This document shows, one piece after another, positions 1 to 7,977 of a stretch of 61,398 nucleotides of DNA (position 1 is its first letter; each line of letters begins with the position of its first letter). This stretch comes from an uncultured Anaerolineaceae bacterium (GTDB lineage Bacteria > Chloroflexota > Anaerolineae > Anaerolineales > UBA4823). Location: the NCBI GenBank assembly GCA_964525785.1, contig CAZGIX010000004.1, forward strand, positions 1 to 61,398, given 5' to 3'. The notes beneath the pieces were generated by a model. That model was not told the origin of the DNA and did no database searches. It saw only the letters and a program-made list of their open reading frames with translations. A program made the translations under genes and the position numbers.

Positions 1-1
1 A

Positions 2-421
2 ATGGCGCACGCCTCGCAAGAGGCTGCTGAGCTGGCCCAGCTCAAGATGACGGATATCAACCTGATCGTCCCGCATCAAGCCAACGCCCGCATCATCGAA
101 GCCGCCGCACGCAGCCTGAACTACCCCATGGAGCAGGTGGTGGTCAACGTGGATCGCTATGGAAACACATCCACCGCATCCATCCCCATCGCCATCTGCG
201 AAGCGGTCCAATCCGGACGCCTGCACGCCGGGGACAAGATCGTGCTGGTAGGGTTCGGCGCCGGGCTCACCTGGGGAGCAGCGGTGGTCCACTGGACAGG
301 CCCTTACCCAAGCAAGCGCAGAGTCCGCCCGAAGAGCCTGCGCCTATGGGCCAAGATGCGCTCTTTCTTGCGCAAGCTGGTGCGCCAGATCGAAGGCAAG
401 ATCTGGAAAGACTACTTCTAG
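2..421 (+). CDS. fabH: 3-oxoacyl-ACP synthase III, C-terminal part (truncated by window start)
   Basis: PHQANARII, YGNTSTASIP and GFGAGLTWGA motifs of the KAS III C-terminal domain. Confidence 0.93.
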   Translation: MAHASQEAAELAQLKMTDINLIVPHQANARIIEAAARSLNYPMEQVVVNVDRYGNTSTASIPIAICEAVQSGRLHAGDKIVLVGFGAGLTWGAAVVHWTGPYPSKRRVRPKSLRLWAKMRSFLRKLVRQIEGKIWKDYF

Positions 422-444
422 AGCCTATCTCAAAAACAGGATGT

Positions 445-487
445 TTTGGTGTGTGTGGGGCGGCGATGCCGCCCCACACACATCAAA
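445..487. terminator. Long hairpin between convergent genes, probable bidirectional terminator (REP-like GGGGCGGC/GCCGCCCC core)
   Basis: TTTGGTGTGTGTGGGGCGGC-GAT-GCCGCCCCACACACATCAAA, about 20 bp stem with A/T-rich flanks. Confidence 0.75.
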
Positions 488-518
488 TAATAATTTTTGA
501 GATGACTTCTAGTATCCG

Positions 519-1499
519 CTAGCTCTCTGCACTCTCATTATCTCCGGCTTCAGATAACTGAGCGGTGATCGGAGTCAGGGGAGGTGTAGGGGAAGCTTTT
601 TCCGCCTCCTTCTCCTCTTCGATCTTGAACACCTGCAGCACGCGCTTGATCAGGTCGGTGAAGACGTTCTGCTGGAATCCCGAAAGCCATGCCAGCAGGT
701 AGATCACCAGGGGGGAGTTGATCTCCTGGGCCGGTCCGGTGATCGAGAGCAGGCCCGCACGCAATACCACGAAGATTACCGCACCGACCCCGATTCCCAT
801 CACCGGGCTATTGATATACCACAGCAGGTGCTGGCGGTCAAAATCCTGGTCTTTCGAGATGTGCTTGATCAGCGACAGCCACGCGCCGATCACGCCTCCC
901 AGGCCGCCCCAGGTCATGCTGCCCAACAAAAAGACCACATCGGACGACAGACGGCTCGGAGATGACGTTGTAGAAGATGAAAATGCACCCGTTCCCAGCA
1001 CCAGGAACAGGAAAAGCAGCAGGATAACTGCCCACACGGTTTCATATATGAACAGGCCCATTCCCAGGGAGGTTGACCAGCGATAGACGCGCCCGCTGAA
1101 CGCCACCCGGTATTCAACTTCATTGATATAACGCTCAGCCTGTTCGTAGTTCTCCTTGCCTGCCAGCAGCTCGTTGCGCGCATAGCGGATCTGGTCTAAG
1201 AGCTGGAGCGCAACAGCCGGGTTGTTGATCCGGGCGTCCACTTCCTTCTTTGCCCTGGAAGCGCGCTCCCATAGGTCCCGGAGCTGCTCTTCCCCGACAA
1301 ATAGTGCCACCTGCTTGCGTTTTTCGGGTTTTTCACCCACCAGGTCAAGGGCAACCAATCCGCTGCCCGCCTCTTCGGAGGGTGCACCCTCAGTTTCATC
1401 CACTGCTTCTGGCACTTCCGGTCCCTCTGGCTCTGCCTCTAAGGACTCGTCCAATGGGGGGACCTCATCATCGAATGATGCTCCCGGTAAATCAGCCAT
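519..1499 (-). CDS. Hypothetical membrane protein: acidic N-terminus, helical cytoplasmic region, about 4 C-terminal TM helices
   Basis: Long ORF. Start reassigned to ATG 1499 because GAGGAGG lies just upstream. Hydrophobic segments VWAVILLLFLFLVLG, GGLGGVIGAWLSL, GIGVGAVIFVVL, VIYLLAWLSGF. Confidence 0.8.
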   Translation of the reverse strand: MADLPGASFDDEVPPLDESLEAEPEGPEVPEAVDETEGAPSEEAGSGLVALDLVGEKPEKRKQVALFVGEEQLRDLWERASRAKKEVDARINNPAVALQLLDQIRYARNELLAGKENYEQAERYINEVEYRVAFSGRVYRWSTSLGMGLFIYETVWAVILLLFLFLVLGTGAFSSSTTSSPSRLSSDVVFLLGSMTWGGLGGVIGAWLSLIKHISKDQDFDRQHLLWYINSPVMGIGVGAVIFVVLRAGLLSITGPAQEINSPLVIYLLAWLSGFQQNVFTDLIKRVLQVFKIEEEKEAEKASPTPPLTPITAQLSEAGDNESAES

Positions 1500-1656
1500 C
1501 TGTTTCCTCCTCAATTTAATAAAAGGCAACCACGCCCTTTGGCAAGCGTAGTACAGCCGGACAGCCCGGTTTTCTTAAAGTCGGGGTTTGGGGTCTGTTA
1601 CATTAAGAAAGCCCTGAGCCCATTCGACCCGCAGCCGGGCTGCAAAGATGAGCGTG

Positions 1657-1685
1657 AGTATAGACGATCTCTGTGCAGAAGTCAA
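1657..1685 (-). promoter_or_regulatory. Sigma70-type promoter for the 519-1499 gene
   Basis: Minus strand reads TTGACT-N17-TATACT. Confidence 0.75.
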
Positions 1686-1749
1686 ACGTTAGAGAGATGT
1701 TAGAAATCCCCTTATGGTTTATTTGCTGCTACCAGCCATACCGATAGAT

Positions 1750-1758
1750 TGGTATAAT
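1750..1758 (+). promoter_or_regulatory. Extended -10 promoter element of ftsH
   Basis: TGGTATAAT (TGn-TATAAT) about 45 nt upstream of the GTG start. Confidence 0.6.
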
Positions 1759-1801
1759 CGTACATAATTTATAGGATTCGCTTTTAAGCGTGGAGGTTTC
1801 T

Positions 1802-3664
1802 GTGAATCCAGTTCGTAACCGAAATTCGATCATTTACCTGCTGTTGTTCGTCGCCATTATCGTCATGGTTGTTTACAACTTTCAGCAGCAGGCCACTACC
1901 CAAGAAGTGCTGGCCATCAACCAGGTCGCAGCTGACATCCAGAGCGGCACTGTTGAGCGTATAGTTGAAGACGATAACCAACTGCGGGTAATTTACACCG
2001 ATGGTACAGAACGCGCCTCGCATAAAGAAGAAGGTGCCACCCTGGTGGAGCAGCTCATTTCCCTCGGGGTATCCACCGAAGAGCTGAACTCGAACCGCAT
2101 CGCCATTGAGGTCAAACCGCCGAGCGCCTGGTTGGGCTTGGCGACGGCCTTGGGCTATCTCCTGCCGTTTGTCTTGCTGGCAGGCGTGTTCTGGTTCGTC
2201 TTCCGCCAGGCGCAGGGCAGCAACAACGCTGCCATGTCCTTCGGCAAATCGCGGGCGCGCATGTTCTCCGGCGATCAGCCTACAGTCACCTTTGAGGATG
2301 TCGCCGGGGTGGAGGAAGCCAAGGAAGAGCTCCAGGAAGTGGTGGAGTTCCTGCGCGAGCCAGAGAAGTTCATCTCCCTGGGAGCGCGTATTCCCAAGGG
2401 CGTGCTGCTGGTCGGTCCTCCCGGCACAGGCAAGACCCTGCTGGCGAAAGCCGTCTCGGGCGAGGCTGGTGTGCCCTTCTTCTCGATCTCCGGCTCTGAG
2501 TTTGTCGAGATGTTCGTCGGCGTGGGCGCCAGCCGGGTGCGCGACCTGTTCGATCAGGCCAAGCGCCACTCGCCCTGCATCGTCTTCGTAGACGAGATCG
2601 ATGCCGTCGGGCGCCAGCGCGGCGCCGGACTGGGCGGCAGCCACGACGAGCGCGAGCAGACCCTGAACCAGATGTTGGTCGAAATGGACGGCTTCGACAC
2701 CGACACCAACGTCATCATCGTCGCCGCCACCAACCGCCCGGATATCCTCGACCCTGCCCTGCTGCGCCCCGGTCGCTTCGACCGCCGTGTGATCCTGGAC
2801 AGGCCGGATATGCGCGGGCGTGAGGCCATCCTCAAAGTGCACACCAAGGGCAAGCCCCTGTCTGGGGATATCGACCTGGGCGTGATCTCGCGTTCCACCC
2901 CCGGTTTTGTCGGCGCCGACCTGGAAAACCTGGTCAATGAGGCCGCCATCCTGGCAGCCCGCCGCAACCGCAAGAATATCGGGCAGTCCGAGATGGAAGA
3001 GGCTATCGAGCGCGTCATCGCCGGTCCCGAGCGTAAGAGCCGCCTGATCAGCGAGGAAGAGAAGCGCATCGTCGCCTATCATGAGGCCGGTCACGCCGTG
3101 GTGATGAACTCTATCCCCGAAGCTGACCCGGTGCACAAAGTGTCCATTATCGCCCGCGGCATGGCTGGCGGCTATACCCTCTCGCTGCCGGAAGAAGACC
3201 GCACGCTGATGGCGCGCAAGAAAATGATGGCCGATATGGTCAGCCTGCTGGGTGGGCGCGCCGCCGAGGAGCTGGTATTCGATGATATCACCTCCGGTGC
3301 ATCCAACGACCTGGAGCGGGTCACCCGCATGGCGCGTTCTATGGTCACCCGCCTGGGCATGAGCGACCAGCTTGGTCCGATGGTCTACGGGCAAAAAGAA
3401 GAGCTCATCTTCCTGGGACGCGAGATCTCCGAGCAGCGCGATTACTCCGAGTCAGTGGCTCAGGAGATCGATAAAGAAGTGCGCCAGCTCGTGAATTCCG
3501 CCTATCAGAAAGCCAAGTCCATCCTGATCAAGCACCGCGAGCAGCTGGACGCCGTCGCCCAGCGCCTGCTGGAGCTGGAGACCATCTCGCGCGATGAGTT
3601 CGAGCGCCTCTTCCCGACCCCTGAGCCGAAGAACAGCGGCACCCCGCTGCCGATGCCGGCCTGA
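1802..3664 (+). CDS. ftsH: ATP-dependent zinc metalloprotease FtsH
   Basis: Two TM helices, Walker A GPPGTGKT, Walker [36 protein letters not shown] zinc motif. GTG 1802 is preceded by GGAGG. Confidence 0.98.
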   Translation: MNPVRNRNSIIYLLLFVAIIVMVVYNFQQQATTQEVLAINQVAADIQSGTVERIVEDDNQLRVIYTDGTERASHKEEGATLVEQLISLGVSTEELNSNRIAIEVKPPSAWLGLATALGYLLPFVLLAGVFWFVFRQAQGSNNAAMSFGKSRARMFSGDQPTVTFEDVAGVEEAKEELQEVVEFLREPEKFISLGARIPKGVLLVGPPGTGKTLLAKAVSGEAGVPFFSISGSEFVEMFVGVGASRVRDLFDQAKRHSPCIVFVDEIDAVGRQRGAGLGGSHDEREQTLNQMLVEMDGFDTDTNVIIVAATNRPDILDPALLRPGRFDRRVILDRPDMRGREAILKVHTKGKPLSGDIDLGVISRSTPGFVGADLENLVNEAAILAARRNRKNIGQSEMEEAIERVIAGPERKSRLISEEEKRIVAYHEAGHAVVMNSIPEADPVHKVSIIARGMAGGYTLSLPEEDRTLMARKKMMADMVSLLGGRAAEELVFDDITSGASNDLERVTRMARSMVTRLGMSDQLGPMVYGQKEELIFLGREISEQRDYSESVAQEIDKEVRQLVNSAYQKAKSILIKHREQLDAVAQRLLELETISRDEFERLFPTPEPKNSGTPLPMPA

Positions 3665-3708
3665 GGCGGTGGTGTTCGCCGGTCGATGATCACATATCCC
3701 TTAAGATC

Positions 3709-3750
3709 AAAGACGTGAAATGCTGGCCTCCGCCGCCTTTCACGTCTTTT
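3709..3750 (+). terminator. Probable ftsH terminator hairpin
   Basis: AAAGACGTGAAA / TTTCACGTCTTT 12 bp inverted repeat ending in a T run. Confidence 0.6.
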
Positions 3751-3757
3751 GCTTAAT

Positions 3758-4097
3758 GTCACTCTGAGTATCTCCGCAGTGCATGCGCTCTTTTTTCCGA
3801 GATGACACCTTCGTCATTGCGAGTATATCCACAGCGCCAAGGCGCTCTACTTTCAGAAATGACCCCTTGGTCATTGCGAGGCGATCTTTGCCGAAGCAAT
3901 CTCCGAGCCACCCGGGATGAAGATTGCTTCGTCGCTGCGCTCCTTGCAACGACGGGTCACGTGTCATTAAGAGCGCAGCGAAGAGTCTGGTCGTTTGCTA
4001 TGAAAACCCCCTTCTCAAGTGTTCCCACAACCTCTAAACGCATGTCATTCCGAGGAGCGCCGCGGTCGTTCTGTGACCGCCAGCGACGAGGAATCCC
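3758..4097. repeat. Cluster of five GTCA(T/C)T-led REP-like palindromic modules
   Basis: GTCACTCTGAG 3758, GTCATTGCGAG 3813 and 3870, GTCATTAAGAG 3963, GTCATTCCGAG 4044. Closing arms GAGATGAC 3799, GAAATGAC 3856, CTTGCAACGAC 3943. Internal GAAGCAATC/GATTGCTTC pair at 3893/3922. Confidence 0.75.
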
Positions 4098-4190
4098 TTC
4101 GAACACCGTTTTCCCATCGAGCTTACAGGGGACCTACATGCCTGCCGGTCGCACGATCCCTCACACCACAAAACAGGGGGGCCGTTAACA

Positions 4191-5141
4191 ATGCCTCCCG
4201 ATCCACCCGGCTACCAGGCTGCGCTGCACGGCGCAGTCTACTACCTTCCTCCACAGCCCGGCTGCCTGCGCCTCGGCGACCACGACCGGTCGGCGTTCTT
4301 GCAGCGCCAGACGACCAACGACGTGGACCATGTCGGTCCAGGACATTCTGTAGTGACCGTCCTGGTCTCTCCAACCGGGCGGCTCCTGGACGGCCTGCGC
4401 CTGCTGCCTGATAGTGACACAATCCTGGCGCTGACCCTGCCGGGGCACGCCCCCGACACCGCCCGCTATCTTCAGAAACGCATCTTTTTCAATGATAAAG
4501 TCTGGCTGCAGGATGCCAGCGCGGAGTACGCCCAGGTGGACCTGGAAGGCCCGCGCGCCGGCGAGGTTTTGCTCGAGCTGGGCCTGCCTGCCATCCCCGA
4601 TATCGACGGCATTGCGCAGGTGGAGATCGATGGCACCGTACTACGGGTCATCGGTCAGCGCGGGCTGGTCGGGACGGGCTGGCGCTTGCTGATGCCAATC
4701 GCCGTCCTGGATGGAGTGCTGTCCAGGTTGGCTGCCAGTGGCGCCGAAGAGCTGAGCGCTGAGGGTCGCCACGTCTTGCGCGTGGAGGCCGGGCTGCCCG
4801 AGGCCGGAGCGGAGCTGGTCGAAGCCTACACCCCGCTGGAGGTCGGGCTGGAGCATGCCGTCTCCGGGAGCAAGGGCTGCTACACCGGGCAGGAGGTGCT
4901 CGCCCGCCAGGTCACCTACGACAAGGTCACCCAGCACCTGGCGCGGCTGCAAGCGGACGCGCCGCTCTCGCCGGGTGTGCGCCTGTTGGCGGACGGCAAG
5001 CCGGTCGGCGTGGTCACATCGGCGGCCGTCTCGCCGCGCTTCGGGCCGCTCGCACTGGGGGTGGTGAAGCGGCCCTATCACGAGCCGGGCAGCAAGCTGA
5101 CCGCCGCCGAAGCCGGAGATGTGCGCGTGGTTGTTTGGTAA
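4191..5141 (+). CDS. ygfZ: YgfZ/GcvT-family folate-binding protein
   Basis: KGCYTGQE signature, FLQRQTTND N-terminal motif, GcvT-like C-terminus (VGVVTSAAVSP...ALGVV). Confidence 0.9.
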   Translation: MPPDPPGYQAALHGAVYYLPPQPGCLRLGDHDRSAFLQRQTTNDVDHVGPGHSVVTVLVSPTGRLLDGLRLLPDSDTILALTLPGHAPDTARYLQKRIFFNDKVWLQDASAEYAQVDLEGPRAGEVLLELGLPAIPDIDGIAQVEIDGTVLRVIGQRGLVGTGWRLLMPIAVLDGVLSRLAASGAEELSAEGRHVLRVEAGLPEAGAELVEAYTPLEVGLEHAVSGSKGCYTGQEVLARQVTYDKVTQHLARLQADAPLSPGVRLLADGKPVGVVTSAAVSPRFGPLALGVVKRPYHEPGSKLTAAEAGDVRVVVW

Positions 5142-5179
5142 AACTCTATTACCCAGCCAGCATTGACGGAAATTTATAA

Positions 5180-5400
5180 GTTGGATTTCGCTGCGCTCAA
5201 CCCAACCTATGGCTGAAACGACGACATAGCCATTGCCCGAGCGCGCCCCCGCCCTCGCCTGAATATTGGGCGAGGGCGGCCTGCCTGAGCTTGTCTTGAG
5301 CGCAGTCGAAAGGCGCAGTCGAAGGGGCTCGGGTGGGTGAGGGCGAGGCGTCTCAGCCGGTGGGCCACCCCTCCCCGCTCCCCTCATCCCCAAAAATCCC
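5180..5400. repeat. Mosaic of REP-like palindromes of several families
   Basis: 5180-5210 reads ATAGGTTGGGTTGAGCGCAGCGAAATCCAAC on minus (GTAG-type REP). 11 bp hairpin CCGCCCTCGCC/GGCGAGGGCGG at 5249-5279. CTGAGC...GCAGTCGAAG units at 5285-5324. GGGTGAGGG...CCCCTCCCC unit at 5335-5385. Confidence 0.7.
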
Positions 5401-5500
5401 CCCAAAATTAACCTCTCAGAACACTTGTGCTAAGTATAAATATCTGCTACACTTACATTGATCAATTTCATCACCCGCACCCCGTTCCTTAACAACCTCA

Positions 5501-5633
5501 TGCCGCACTTCAGCGCCTTATTGCCTTATTGCCTTTGCCGCACTTCGGCACCTCGTTGCATAATTATCAATGCCGCACTTCGGCGCCTAATTACCTTGTT
5601 GCCCAATTGCCTTATCACCTGTGCCGCCCTTCG
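5501..5633. repeat. Short direct-repeat array, TGCCGCACTTCGGCGCCT-like unit, 35 bp period
   Basis: Units at 5501, 5536 and 5571, plus a degenerate unit at 5622, separated by non-identical AT-richer spacers. Confidence 0.75.
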
Positions 5634-5714
5634 TTTCTGATTTGTTTTTTCGCGGAACAAATCGGCCTGCCAGGTTCATCAGCTCCAACCCGCCGGAAAG
5701 GCTATAATAAGGCC

Positions 5715-6539
5715 ATGTCCGCTGACACACCTCCCCCACCTCACCCCGACTTCACCGGCAAGCTGGCCCTGGTGACCGGCTCGGGGCGCGGCATCGGGCG
5801 CGCCATCGCCCTGCACATCGCCTCCCTGGGAGCCGATGTGGCGGTCAACTTCTTCCGCAACCGCCTCCCCGCGGAAGAAACCGCCCAGCACATCCGCCGC
5901 ATGGGGCGGCGGGCGATCGTGGTCAAGGCCAATATCGGCGAGATCGACGAACTGGACCGGCTGTTCGACGAGGTCCAGAACCAGCTGGGCGGGCTGGATT
6001 TCCTGGTCCACAACGCCGCCTCGGGCTTTAACCGCCCGGCGCTGGAGCAGCGCCCCAAAGGCTGGGACTGGACGATGAACATCAATGCCCGCTCGCTGCT
6101 CTTCGCCGCCCAGCGGGCTGCACCGCTGATGAGGACACGCCGCGGCGGGGCCATCGTCAGTCTTACCAGCCCCGGCTCGCAGCGCGTGCTGCCGGATTAC
6201 GTGGCTGTCGGCGCCAGCAAGGCCGCCCTGGAAGCGGTGACCCGTTATTTAGCGGTGGAATTGGCGGGGGATAACATCGTGGTCAACGCCATATCGCCCG
6301 GCGTGGTGCTGACCGATGCCCTCAAACACTTCGATGCCATGCAGAGCCAGGAGAACATTATCCGCCAGGCGGCGGCCATCACCCCCGCCGGACGGCTGGT
6401 CACCCCCGAGGAAATTGCTCAGTTAGCCGCCTACCTGTGCTCACCCGCCGCCAGCATGATCCGCGGCCAGATCATCGCCATCGATGGCGGGGCGACGCTG
6501 CCGGGTCCGGGCGTGCCTATCGAGCATAGCGGCCCATGA
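5715..6539 (+). CDS. fabL: Enoyl-ACP reductase, FabL-type SDR
   Basis: TGSGRGIG, NAASG, WDWTMNINA and YVAVGASKAALEAVTRYLAVEL closely follow Bacillus FabL as recalled. Start set at ATG 5715, 6 nt after TATAAT. Confidence 0.85.
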   Translation: MSADTPPPPHPDFTGKLALVTGSGRGIGRAIALHIASLGADVAVNFFRNRLPAEETAQHIRRMGRRAIVVKANIGEIDELDRLFDEVQNQLGGLDFLVHNAASGFNRPALEQRPKGWDWTMNINARSLLFAAQRAAPLMRTRRGGAIVSLTSPGSQRVLPDYVAVGASKAALEAVTRYLAVELAGDNIVVNAISPGVVLTDALKHFDAMQSQENIIRQAAAITPAGRLVTPEEIAQLAAYLCSPAASMIRGQIIAIDGGATLPGPGVPIEHSGP

Positions 6540-7053
6540 GCTGCCCCTGGGCCAGGATGTGGCCCTTCATTTCCTTCTCTACATCGGCTTTCTTCATCCC
6601 CGCTTTGAGGCCCAGCTTTAGGTCCAGGGCATACAGCTTGAAGGTATAGCGGTGAGTGCTGCCCCTGGGCGGGCACGGACCGCCGTAGCCCGGCTTTCGA
6701 AAGTCGTTCACCCCCTGCATGCCCACATTCGCCGCCCCCTCCGGCAGGCCGGTCAGGTCGGGGGGCAGGTCTGCCAGCACCCAATGCACCCACGTGCCTG
6801 CCGGGGCGTCCGGGTCGTCGGCAATCAGCGCCAGGCTGGCGGTGCCCTGCGGCACGCCCGACCAGGTCAGCTCGGGCGACAGGTTCTCACCGTCGCACGT
6901 GAATCTGCGTGGAATGGTCTCGCCTTCTTTGAAGGCGCTGCTTGTCAGCTGGATTGCCATCGTCGTCTCTCCTTCCGGTGTCGGCTCGGCGCGGCAGGCC
7001 GGTAGCGCCAGCATCAAGGATATCCAAACGAAAACCAGTAACGGGCTTCTCAT
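6517..7053 (-). CDS. YbhB/YbcL (PEBP/Raf-kinase-inhibitor-like) protein with predicted lipoprotein signal
   Basis: DGENLSPEL, DDPDAP...WVHWV and YGGPCPP...HRY motifs. N-terminal hydrophobic stretch ends in LPAC. Confidence 0.9.
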   Translation of the reverse strand: MRSPLLVFVWISLMLALPACRAEPTPEGETTMAIQLTSSAFKEGETIPRRFTCDGENLSPELTWSGVPQGTASLALIADDPDAPAGTWVHWVLADLPPDLTGLPEGAANVGMQGVNDFRKPGYGGPCPPRGSTHRYTFKLYALDLKLGLKAGMKKADVEKEMKGHILAQGQLMGRYAR

Positions 7054-7105
7054 AGCTTGAATCTGCCAACATGATAAGGAAAGCGCTGGATCAACCTGCC
7101 TGTAT

Positions 7106-7741
7106 CTAGACCCCGATCAGGATCACCCGGGCGGGAGCGCCGTCGCCGCCTGCCAGCTTGAGCGGCAGGCAGTACAGGCTGTAGCGCCCCTGGGAGACTT
7201 GCGTCAGGTCGAGCCCCTCGATGATCACCATGCCGGCTTTGAGCAGGATCTCGTGCGTAGGGGTGCTTTCCTGGTAGGGCGCCACCGAGAGGTAATCCAC
7301 CCCCACCAGCTTGACCCCGCGCTCCACCAGGAACTGGGCGCCGTCCGGGCTGATAGCCACGAAATCGGTATTGAAGGCGTGGGTGGGATCTGACCACAGC
7401 TGGGAATTGCGCGTCTTGAAGATCAGCCGCCGGGTGCGGGGCGGGATATCGGCCTGCGCCAGGACTTTGGCGGTGATGAGGTCGACATCCGGCAGTTCCA
7501 GCACGTACACCCGCCCGGTAAGGGTCTTCAGCGCCAGCTTATCGACGGTCGGGGCGCTGCCGTCCAGAAAGTGATAGGGAGCGTCAACATGTGTGCCGGA
7601 ATGGGCGCTCATGCGCAGGTAGGTCACATTGCTGCTCGCCCCCTCTTCCATTTTAGACACTCGCTCGATTTCCACGCTGGGGTCGCCGGGCCAGACGGGC
7701 ATATCCGGTCTGAGGGTCAGGGTGATATCGTAGATGCGCAT
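7106..7741 (-). CDS. Cyclase family metal-dependent hydrolase (kynurenine formamidase-like)
   Basis: HSGTHVDAPYH, GVDYLS, H..LL..G..IIEGL and GDGAPAR motifs. Start ATG 7741 with GAGGAGG RBS. Confidence 0.9.
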   Translation of the reverse strand: MRIYDITLTLRPDMPVWPGDPSVEIERVSKMEEGASSNVTYLRMSAHSGTHVDAPYHFLDGSAPTVDKLALKTLTGRVYVLELPDVDLITAKVLAQADIPPRTRRLIFKTRNSQLWSDPTHAFNTDFVAISPDGAQFLVERGVKLVGVDYLSVAPYQESTPTHEILLKAGMVIIEGLDLTQVSQGRYSLYCLPLKLAGGDGAPARVILIGV

Positions 7742-7867
7742 ATTTCCTCCTCTGGTTAAGAAAAGTATAGCCCACTGTCCTTTAAAACGCAACAAAACGG
7801 GGAGGAGGAACACGAAAAGCTGCTCGCACTTCGTGGGCCACGCAAAATGATGAAAATAATGGAATTC

Positions 7868-7946
7868 AACAGGATCGCCAGGATACCCAGGATACAAGGC
7901 ACCACGGAGCCATTCACCCATCCTGTATATCCTGTCCATCCCTGTT
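7868..7946. repeat. Inverted triplets of CAGGAT / ATCCTG hexamers
   Basis: CAGGATCGC-CAGGATACC-CAGGATAC ... ATCCTGTAT-ATCCTGTCC-ATCCCTGT, with a 9 nt period on each side. Confidence 0.7.
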
Positions 7947-7977
7947 CGATCAAATCAGGTATAGTGGAAATCCCGGG

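Noticed and set aside
1500-1656. Known riboswitch (c-di-AMP, c-di-GMP, SAM, TPP, FMN, cobalamin) or 6S/SRP RNA
   Set aside because: The conserved cores I recall for these families are absent; reported as an unclassified candidate instead.
1784-3394. 536 aa ORF antisense to ftsH
   Set aside because: Shadow ORF caused by strong G/C third-position bias; it has no motifs, and ftsH is unambiguous.
3824-3832. DnaA box-like words (here and near 47862)
   Set aside because: Isolated one-mismatch matches, no cluster and no AT-rich unwinding region; not an origin.
3740-4411. Small ORFs 3740-3967, 3802-4188 and 4019-4411 as real genes or transposase remnants
   Set aside because: They run through palindromic repeats and show no RAYT, GIY-YIG or IS motifs.
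5501-5633. CRISPR array
   Set aside because: Repeats (18 nt) and spacers (17 nt) are too short, spacers resemble each other, and no cas genes are present. Kept only as a repeat.
5529-5714. N-terminal extensions in the ORF track (fabL here; also cyclase, racemase, epimerase, mreC, mrdA, yjbQ, zinc-ribbon and fmdB genes)
   Set aside because: The extensions cross repeats, promoters or upstream genes; downstream starts match family N-termini and have an SD or adjacent -10 element.
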